A model generated the notes under the pieces. It made no database searches, had not been told where the DNA came from, and worked only from the letters and a program-made list of their open reading frames with translations. A DNA stretch of 63,379 nt from the IMG/VR virus record IMGVR_UViG_3300036770_002271, positions 1 to 63,379 of that record; one strand, 5' to 3'. Origin of the DNA: a virus (taxonomy: Duplodnaviria; Caudoviricetes). Made by a program: the position numbers and the translations under genes. This document shows positions 41,501 through 53,500 of this stretch, piece by piece; position 1 is the first letter of the stretch, and every line of letters begins with the position of its first letter.

Positions 41501-44500
41501 TATTGATTATGACATTTATGAAAATTGGGCTATTAAATTACACAGCTTTGGCGGAACATTAAACGATAACTTTGCTGAATTTAGATTACGTCAAAATTTA
41601 CTAACAGGCAATCCAAGTATTGTTAGTTTGACAAATGGTATTCCTACAATTGGTTCACAACAGGAAGTACCGTTATATTCATTATTCAATTATGGCAGTT
41701 TAATTACTAATCCAAACATATTACCAACTACAGATAATTACACACCACAGATTTATCCTAGTGCTGGTTATGTTAACTTTAACGATGTAAAAATGTCTAG
41801 TTATTTTTATAACGGACTGCCTACTGCTGTAAACGAAGCAGGTGTAATTGTACCAATAGAAGACTTTTATGTTAGAGATTATGTTTGGTTAGCAAACTTT
41901 TTAGGTACATGGCAAGTATATACTTGGCAACCTTTAGGACAAATTATTTTAGCCCGTGGTAATAACGACGGGACTACTACAATTCGTTTTAGTAGTCCAC
42001 AAAACATACCTTTACTAACACCAATTGCTATTGTTAATTTTAGTTCACTTGTAGATGGTTATTATATTGTAACAAGATTAGTTAACAATTCTGAAGTTAT
42101 CATTAATCTAACATTGGACATAAATTTAGGTCAAGTAACGGGATATGGCGTTGTAAGTAAGTTCGCAAGTCAACGTGTAACACAACCAAGTGATATTATT
42201 AATTTACCTTTACTTAATGCTGAATTCATTAAAAACACAGTATGGGTAGATGAAGACACAGATGGCAACTGGAGTGTTTATAGAAAAGGTATTAACTATA
42301 CATTTGATAATGAAAAGACAAAAACAAATAGTGATAATTTTGGTAGTAGTGTAGCGTTTACAACGACAAGTGGTTATTTAATAGGTGATAGTGGATTAGG
42401 TGAATTATATCGTTACACCTATAATATTATACAAGATGATTATGAGTTATCTGAAACTATCACAGAGAGTGTAAGTTTTGGAACTGCCATAACTTACACT
42501 GATAATTTTTATTTTGTAAGCGAACCAACAAGTGGTAGTCCAAAGGTATATGTTTATGTAATTAATGATAGTACAGAAAGCACAGATTTAATTCAATTAC
42601 AAACACTTACAGCATTAGGTGGTTCAACAAATTACGGAGCAAGTTTATCTATTAGTAATGATAGAAAATGGTTGTATGTTGGTGCTCCTGATATTAATCG
42701 TGTTTATGTTTATAGACAACAATATATTCCATTGTCAGCAGGATATTTTGTTAATGGCGAAGTATATACTATAACAGAAGTTGGTACTACTGATTTTACA
42801 TTAATAGGGGCCTTGGAAAATAAAATAGGTATAACATTTGTAGCAACAGGGATAGGTAGTGGTAATGGTACAGCAACTCAAATCAGTTATGAGTATAGTA
42901 CCTATCTTGATGGAAGTATTTTAGGTGACAATTACGGAATTACAGTTAGTACTGATTATTATGGTGATACATTAGTTGTAGGAGCCCCAAGTTACGATCA
43001 AAGTATCTCTGCTACCAATTGGGGTAGAGCTTACATGTATCATAGAACTGTTCAAAACATTGAAGTCCAAAGTAATAGTTATGGAGGATTACCTCAACTA
43101 TTTTCATTAGGTTGGACACCAGCAAAAACAACTGTAAGTGTTACGAATACAACAGCAACAACAAATTTAGTTACAATTAGTAATACAGCTGGTTTAAGCG
43201 TGAATGATCCAATCATATTTACAGGTACAGGATACGGATCAAGTTTATTAGAAACAGAAAAAGTTTATTATATTAGTTCTATAAACTCAGGTGCTCCAGG
43301 TACAATCACATTAAAAACAAGTAGAACAACAAACACTAATGTTACATTGAATACAGAAACAATTGGATCAGGTACAGCTTATATACAAACAACTCCATTA
43401 TATGTTACAGTAAATGGTAGATTAGTACAAGACAATAACTATGCTGTAATTAGCACTAATACTTTTGTATATACAGGAGATGTTTTAGCTGGCGATATTA
43501 TTAATGTAAGTGATAACATCTTTACATTATTACAAACATTTGAAAGTGAAAGTACTCCAAGACCAGGTGTACAATTTGGTATTAGTGTAGGTGTAACAAG
43601 AACAAGTAATGAAATAATTGTTGGAGCACCATTTGAAATAAGTTCACAAAACAGTGAAGGTGTTGTATATCGTTATACAAATGGTGGTGGTCGTTATGGA
43701 GTTATTATTGGTACTGATGAATGTTACATCACTGTACCTAGAAAAATGTTTATTAATGGATTCTTAGTTATACTACCAGTTGGAGATGTTAATACAACTG
43801 TAAATGCAATTAATTCAACACAAGTACCAAACGTACAAGCCTCAGCCACAACAGATGGAAAACTAATAATCAGTGTGGTAGATCAAAACTTATCAGTGCC
43901 AAACGAAAAATTATTAGTAAGTGTTATTGATATTGTTACATTGGATGAATTAGGTTTTGAAATTTATACAAAAACACAAACTGTATTATGTCCCCATTTA
44001 ATTGGAGCAAGTCAATTTGGAAGTGTAGTAAAATTTAATGAATTTGATAGTTTTGTAGTAAGTGCTCCAGTAGGAACACGCTACTCATTTACAACATTTG
44101 ATTTTACAGATGATGAAAATTTTGAAAATGATACAGTATTTGACAATAATGCCACACAATTTGTAGACATGTTACCAAACGCAGGAGCTGTTTACATGTT
44201 TGATTATTTACCTTCTTACAATGAAAGTTTAAGTAATGTAGGTAATTTTGTATATGCTCAAAGTTGTAATGATACCAATCAAAATGTTGGGTCTTTACCA
44301 AGATATGGGTTAAGCTTAGATTTTAATGAATACAAAGTAATGGTAGGATCTCCTTACTATCAGCCAAATATAACAAATGGTCAAGTTGTTATATATCAAA
44401 ACAACGTTGGAATAAAAGATTGGAGTATTTACCGTAGATCAAGTAGCGTTGTTGATATCAACAAAATGCAAAATTTACAAATCTTTAGTGCTGAAACTAA

Positions 44501-47500
44501 TGATACATTAATTAATTTAGATTATTTTGACCCACTACAGGGCAAGTTATTAGGTGCTGTTAGAGAAAATTTAGATTATGTAAGTAATGCTGATCCTGCT
44601 AACTATAACAGTTTAGACAATACTCAAAGTGGTTTAGTTTGGGGTGCTAACAAAGTTGGCTTATTATGGTACAATACAAGTAATACACGTTTTGTAAATT
44701 ATCATCAAAATGATGTTGTTTATAATAGCAAATATTGGGGAAGTGTGTTCCCAGGAAGTAATGTTACTGTATATAGTTGGGTAGCTAGTAATGTTATTCC
44801 TAGTGAATATGAAGGACCAGGCACACCATTTGACATAACAAAATATACAACTCAAGAAGTATTAAATGCTAGTAACTTGTTAAGCCCAGTTTATTACTTT
44901 TGGGTTAGAAATACTAATGTTATTTTTAGAAAAACTAATAAGACATTAGCTGATAGTGTGATTGAACAATATATTAACTCACCAATTAATTCGGGTATAA
45001 GCTATCTTTCTCCGTTGTTACCTAATACATTTGGATTATATAATTGCCAAAGTTATTTTGATGCCAATGACAGTGTGTTACATATAGGTTATAGTACAGG
45101 TACAAGCAGTGATGTACCACATAATGAATATACATTGATTAGAGCAAATTATGCTGATGACTTTTTACCAGGTGTTCCAACATTTGGTAGTACAGAAAGA
45201 CCTACAAGTTTATATGATAGATTACTAGATAGCCTGTGCGGTGTGGATGAAGAAGGTGGAGTTGTACCTAACCCATTCTTACCATTAGCAGTACAATCAG
45301 GAATATTAGTAAGACCAAGACAAAGTTTCTTTTATGATAGATTCTTAGCACTTAAAAATTATCTACAATATGCCAACACAATTTGTAAACAATTTCCAAT
45401 TTTAGAAATAAGAACACCAAGTTATTTGTATACAAGTGGTCTTTATTTTGATACACAAGATTATTGGACAAAAATTACATGGTGGGCTCCTGGTTATGAT
45501 GATAATACAAAGCCAGCATTACAGGTTAACTTCTATGCTGATTTAAGCACATTGAATGTTAATACAGGAACAGTTGTTGCTGTTGGACAAAACAACGGTA
45601 GCCAAGAATATTATGTATATGGTACAGATAGACTTTGGACACGTATTGGGCTACAAAATGGAACCATAGAATTTAATAGCACACTATGGGACTATGCGGA
45701 AGCAAAATTAGGCTTTGGGGATAATTTCTTTGATACTAGTTTATATGATGAGTACCCAAGTGAGGAAACACGTTACATAGTTAGAGCATTAAACGAACAA
45801 ATTTATATTGATGACTTATTAGTTTTTAGAAATAAGAGTTTAATATTATTATTTGAATATATTCAAAGTGAAACAACTGAGTCACAAAATTATTTACCTT
45901 GGTTGAACAAGACAAGTTTGGTTGATGTATCACACAAAATACGAGAACTATTACCCTTCGAAGTTTATCAAACAGATAATCAAGATTTCTTAGCAGGTTA
46001 TTTAAATGAAACTAAACCATATCACGTTGTAATTAAAGATTTCTTATTCACTTATACAGGTACAGATGTATACGAGGGAGATATAACAGACTTTGATTTA
46101 CCAAGTAGCTACAATAGTAACTTCGCAACATTTATAAGTCCACAGCTTGTTTATAATAGTGTAATAGGGGATAACCAATATCTACCAAACAATTCAATTT
46201 GGACAAATAATTTATATTCACAATGGTTTAATAATCGTGGAGTAAGTTTAACAGGTGAAACAAATTATCAAATTACAACATTAGCAGTATATATGACTTT
46301 AGGATCAACTGTAATCGTTGTTGATAATGCGAGCGGTTTTCCAGTAAACGGTGTCATCACTATTGGCACTGAAAAAATTGTTTATAGTAATGTTGATAGA
46401 GCCGCAAATATACTTAGCAATTTACAACGTGGGTATAATGATACAGATATTCAATATCATTTACCTGGTGAATTAATTTATATTGATTTACCACCTGTGC
46501 TTTTATTGAATAGTGGTAGAGATTATACTGAACCACCAAAAATAACAGCATATATTGATACAACAATTTATCCTGAACCACTACAACTAGCGGTATTAGA
46601 GCCAGTAATGAGTTTGGATAAAGTTATAGATGTTAATGTAATTAATCCAGGTCAAGGCTACGCAGTGTTACCTGAAATTCGTATTGATCCAAGTCTAGTT
46701 ATAACCTTTAGTAGTGTAGATGTTAACCTGTTATTAAACACAATACGTTTATTTGCTCCAACACTAGTAACAGGAGATTTAGTACAATATAAAGTTGGAA
46801 CTGGAACAAGTATAGGTGGCTTGGTTAATAGTGCTTGGTATTATATAAATTTACTGGAAGATAATCCTAGTCCAATCATAGCATTATACACATCATATGG
46901 CGATGCTGTAAATAATCGTGATAGAGTTGTATTTTCTAATGCAGGCACAGGTTCTGACCACACATTAAACTTAGGAGCAAGAGCTTCAGCCATATCAACC
47001 AGTTATCCAATACGTGAAATTGATTTGACTTTGCGTTATGATAGAACAACATATACAACACAGGTTATAGATTGGCGTCCAGGTGAATATTACGGAGCTT
47101 TCTATGCTGGACGTTATAGCAATAGTGAAAATATAGCGAGCAGTTCTATTACATTACAAAGTGTATTACCACCAATCAATACTATATTAGCAAGTGCTCA
47201 GGGTGTAGCTTTTGAAATTGTAGAAGTAACTAATGATAGAACAATAGATTATTCAAATTTTGTAAGAAATGTTTTAGAAACAGTTGACGTTGGATCAGGT
47301 GTTGCCGAAGACCGTTATCTAGTAAGATTGACCTATGACTATAATGATCCAAACGCACCTGGATCTACAATTGGTTTCACAGTAGGTATGCCAGTTAAAT
47401 TTATTGGTTTGGCAATAGGTGGATTAGTTGCTGATACAACATACTATGTTAAAAAAGTAATTAACAATAGTGATTTTAGTATTTCTTCAACTCAATTTGG

Positions 47501-50500
47501 AAGTGCTTTAACATTAACTAATGCTAATGTAACCCCAGCTGGGCTAGAATGTTTTACAGCACAAATTATAGACCAAGGCATAATTACAGTAAATTATCCA
47601 AGTATTGTAGAAGTAACAGAAACATTTGCTAATACCAATAAATTATTAGCACCAATTAGTGCCATAGGAACAGGTGGAACAAGTGGATTATATACAAACA
47701 TTAGTATTACCTTTACTGGAAATGTGTTTGGTAATATCGTTGAAAATGAAATTTACTATGTGACTAGTGTAGCTGATAGTGAAACTTTCACCATAAGTAG
47801 AACGCTTGATCCAATTACAACAACACTAACAAATACCAATACTTCAAACATAATTACAGTAGATAGCACTACTGATTTTAATTTAAACGATCCAATTATT
47901 TTTAATCAAATGGTTATTACAGTTGGTAATTTTGTTATTGGACAAAAGTACACAATATTAACATTAGGTAACACTGATTATACAGTATTAGGTGCTAAGG
48001 AAAATTTACGTAGTTTAGAATTTATAGCTACATCAACAGGATTAGTAACAGCAGGAAGCTTTGTTCCTGGCAAACAATATGTTATTCAATCGCTTGGAAC
48101 TGTATTATTTAACGCAGGAAGCTTTGTTCCAGGAAATGCCTATGAAATTGTAAGTGTCGGCACAACTGATTTTACATTAATTGGGGCAGCAAATAATAGT
48201 GTTGGTACTATATTTACAGCAACAGGAGTTGGGTCAGGATCAGGTACAGCAAATTATATAACTGATTTTACGTTGATTGGTTCAAGTGAAAACGTTGTCG
48301 GAGCAACATTTATAGCTACAGGCTTTGGAACAGGTCCAGGTACTGCCACACAAGGATCAGGTACAGTGGCAGTAACAAGTTTTGGTAATATCAATCAAGG
48401 TACTGTTTATTATGTTCAGAACATTTTAAATTCTACTCAACTGAAAATAAGCACAGTTGTTAATGGATCAGAACTTACGTTAAGCAATCAAACAGGTACA
48501 GCAACATTAATTAACCAAAAAGATGTTGTTCAATTAACAAATGCTACTGGATCAATGAATATGAATGTTTCATTACCAGTAAGTCCTGGTCAAGTAAATG
48601 GTCAACTGTTCACACTATATCAAACATCAGGACAATATCCAAGTATTAGTTCAGGAACAGTTAGTAATTTAATTTCACGTACAATTAATGCTACATTAGC
48701 TACAGTAGATAAAATAGCATTACGTACACCAAGTAGAATTTTGTCAGCTACAAGTAATTTTTATTACAACATGCCTTTAGTTGTAGATTCAAATATTGGA
48801 AACTTAACAACAGGGATAATTTACTATGTGATTGAATATACAGGTAGATACGATAGTAATACAGATACAACAACACCTGGGTTACAAGTTACTGTTACGA
48901 CTGTATCAGGATCAGTATTGACTTGTGATGATACAAATAATTTATATGTTGGAATGCCAATTATCTTTAGTGGCAATGGCATAGGAAGTGTAGTTATAGA
49001 CCTAGAATACTATGTACATAGTATCATAAATGGTACACAATTTAGATTAAGTAACACAAATGGTGGTACTATAGTTACTTTTGTATCAGGTGTTGGATCA
49101 ATGATAGGTACAGGTGATGATTTTATTCAAGTTAGCACATCAATTATAAGCCCAACTGTTGTAACTTTATCTGATGCTGACGGACCTAGCACAATAGAAC
49201 AAACAACTACAACAATCACACCAGCATCATTTGATGTAAGTTATACATTGGGTGGTTATCAAGTAGTAATTAGTGATCAAGGAAGTGGTTATGCTGTTAA
49301 TAATACTGTAACTATCCCAGGTAATTTAATTGGTGGTGTTACAACAACAAATGACTTAACAATTGAAGTAAATTCAATAGGTACAATGGGAGAAATTACT
49401 AGTGTCATTAAATTGGGCACGCCTGCTGGTAATGTCAATCAATACTACTTAAAAGTTATTAGTATAAATCAATTTGAACTTTATAGTAACAAGCAACTAA
49501 CGATTCCTGTAAGTGGACTAACACTTCCATATGAAGGATTTACAAGTTCAACTGTTACAGGAGCTACTAGTAGCGTGTTAACAATTGATACTACAGGGTT
49601 CAATGAATATGATAGTGTGGTATTTACTGGGTCAGTTCCAAATGTGATTACTGAAGGGTATACATATTATCTTTATAATGTTACTCCTACAACAACTCAA
49701 ATTACAACTATTCCAAATGATATAAGTTCAATTGTTGGAAGTATAACATTTACGTCAGATTTTACAATGGCTAAGGCAGGAAGTTTTGCTTTACTTCCTG
49801 AACCATTTAGTTTTAATCGTAGTATTGTTAGATACAATAATAAAGTATGGGAATGTATTGTAAGCAATAATGATGATGACTTTGTATTTGGTAAGTGGGT
49901 AGAATTAAATTCAGGTGATAGAAAGTTAAACGCATTAGATAGAGCATTTGGATATTATCAACCAACTGATAATATGCCAGGTAGAGATTTAACACAAGCA
50001 TTCACAGGACTTATATATCCAAACACAACTTATTTAGGAAATGCTTTTGCTCCTGAAGACCAATATAATATTGATACATTTTTACAAGATCAGCCATTTT
50101 ATCCAACAGATATTGATAATGTAGCGATTACAAATAATGGAACAATTTATTTGGGAGCTGCCAATACAAATGAATACTCAGGATTAATTACTAGTACTAA
50201 TACAACATCATGGGAAGCTAATGGATTAACATCATTACCAATTGGATTCACAGATATTATATATGCTGGTGGCTATTATATTGTTACAACGACAAATACA
50301 GCTACACCAATTTTTTATAGCTCAAATGGAACTGTTTGGACATCAAGTGGAGCATTTACTCCCTATAGTTCAACTCCATATGATGTAACACCTTGGGACG
50401 TTTCAGCACTTAGTGTGCCAGCAGACAGTTTAAATAGTGTTGGGTACAAATCAAACACTTGGGTAGCAGTAGGTTCAAGCATTGTTACAGCAACTAATGT

Positions 50501-53500
50501 AAGTGTATGGAATACTACATTTACATTTACTACATACACCAACACATTGTATGGTGTAAATGGTGTAACAACAACTGGTTTTAATGGTTTTATTGCTGTT
50601 GGAGCAGGACAAGAAGCTACAGGTTCAGGAGTAATAAATTGTAACGTTATAGTAACTAGTCTAGATGGACTTACTTGGACTAGATTGGGATATGTAAGCC
50701 TTAAAGGATTTTACGGAGTAAGTAGTAATGGCACAGTAGCAGTAGCAGTAGGTGAAGATGGGGTCATTTATAATTCTCAAAATGGTAGCGATTGGTATGG
50801 AATAAATGAATCAACTATACTAAGTGTAAATTCTGTTAGCGATACACTTATTGTTGACAGTACCATTGGAGTTAATGTAAATGATGTAATCAGATTTAAC
50901 AACTCATTTAGTAGTATTACAACAGGAACAAGTTATTATATTGTTGCTATACCAACATCAAATCAAATACAAATTAGTACAAGTTTAGGTGGTCCTGTAT
51001 TAACACTGACTGCTGGTACACCTAGTGATAATACATATTATTTCACTTACCCTACTACCGATACATTATATGATATAAGTTACGCAGGTGGTGTTTTTGT
51101 AACTGTTGGTGACAATGGTTTAATTAGAACGAGCAGTGATGGTATAACTTGGACAACAAGAACTTCAGGTACTACAAGAGATTTGCGTGGTATCACATAT
51201 AATTCAGGTATATGGATAGTAGTTGGACTTAATAATACTATTTTAAAGAGTACAGATAATGGTATTACATGGACAGATGTTTCATCATTTATTACAGAAG
51301 ATCCAGCTTACACTGTAAAAGGAGATAGTTTCTTATCAGGTTACGGCCCAGAAGAACTTGTTCCAGGTGTAGTAAGTGATAACCTTACAATGATTGTTAA
51401 TACACGACCTGGCACAAATTGGAGTGCTACAGAATATCAAAATGTAGGATATAATGTTGTAAGTATTGAATTTACACCGACCCCGTCAAATCAAGTTACT
51501 TATAGCTTTGACGAAATAGTTCAAGTTCCAGCACAGGTTGCTTTATTTGAGATTGTTAGTGCATCGGGATTATCAACAAGTTTATATGAAACATTAGATT
51601 ACACAGTAAATTGGATTAATAATACTATTACTTTAAATAGTTCATTACCTGTAGGTAATAAACTTAGACTTGATGTATATGAGGTGGGTAACGGAGATCA
51701 ATTAGTAAAATCAAATACTAAGATTGATCCGTTATTAACAAATAGTGTAACTGGCTTTAATGAAATTGTTTTAAATTGTAATTATAGCGAAAACATTTAC
51801 TTAGGTAGTGGTGTTCTTAGAACTGGAAGTAGTGCTATTGAAGAAACTGCTACACAAACTGATAGCGTTGATAATACAATTGTTGTTGGTGATGCTAGCA
51901 AATTTACATTGAACTCACCAATTTATTTTCAAGGTACGGTATTTGGTGGCATTGTTGCTAATAATACATATTATGTTAAAACAATTAGTATAGTAACTAA
52001 TAGAATTACTGTGTCTAGTACCTTTAATTTAATATCAGGTTTAGCTGGACCCACACTTACTGTAACAGATGCTACAGGAAGTATGACAGTAATTATACGT
52101 ACAGGAACAGGTAGTGTATGGACAGAACCTTACGTGGCACATAATGGGACAAAATTAATATTAGGTAAAACAGGTACGGTTAATGCTACAATTGCTGCTA
52201 CAGATACAGTTGTAGTCAATAGTACAGGTGGTATGGTAGCAGGAACACAAATAGTGTTTAGTAGCACGATGTTTGGGGGTGTTTTAACACCACTTACACC
52301 ATATAACATTTTAGTTATTGTAGATGGTAATGAATTTCAAATTGAAGACCCAAGCAGTCCAGGAAATCCATTAGCATTGACCGATAGCTCAGGTGGGGCT
52401 AGTTTTGTTAGTGGAGACTACAGCATAGCATTGGCAAGCAATGGAGTTAGTGCTAAATTAATATTCGCCGATGCATATAATGTTTCAACAGATTATTTGG
52501 TATACAGTGTATTTGGAGAAACAGAACCAGAACAATATGGTTACACAATACCTGAAACACAAGTATTTACAGCAACAGCTGGACAAACTGTTTTCAATTT
52601 AGATAATTTTGTTGGATATAATAATATTACTGATGCTATAGTAGAAGTTGACGGGTTACGTGTAAGTGATACATTATATACAATTGATTTTGTTTTAGAA
52701 ACATTAACATTTGGATCAGGATTAACTCTTGGTCAAATTGTTGCTGTAACAACTTATAATGATACGTTTAGACAATATCTAAACACACAATTTGACATAA
52801 CCAATAATTCTGTAGTTAACGTAACTAATGCTGTTTTAACAGTTGTAAGTCCTACTCCATATAGTGCTTATGTTACAGTAACCGTATCAGCACTACCACA
52901 AGTAAACGGAGTAGCAATAACAACAGGAGATGTCGTAAGATTTGCTGAATGTGTTGGAGCAGACCAATTAAATGGTCAAGCATTCTATATTGATAATATT
53001 GTAGGAAACACTTTTAGAATTTACACAGGTATATCAGGTGGTACACCAGTAGATCCTGTGAGCTTATTAGCAACATATATATCAGGTGGAGTATGTTGGA
53101 TAGACAGAACCTTCACATTAACAACAACTGTGGGAACAAGAACATTCAGTGCTAACAATAGAATATTAGTAAACAACACTGATAACTTAGTTGCTGGAAC
53201 ACCAGTATACTTTACACAAACAGGAAGTACATCAGGTGATATATTGCCTGGTGGATTAATTGATAGCCAAGAATATTTTGTATTAGAGGTTGCTCCAATT
53301 GTTACAATGGATGAAATTGTAACAAATGAAGTATACACAATTGAGGCACAAGGTATTCTAACTGATGCTGTAGAACTTGAAACAGGTAGAATTTATCAAA
53401 TCGTAACCATTGGAACTACAGACTTTACATTAGTTGGAGCAGCAAGTAATACGATTGGTATATACTTTACAGCAACAGGAGCAGGAACAGGAACAGGAAC

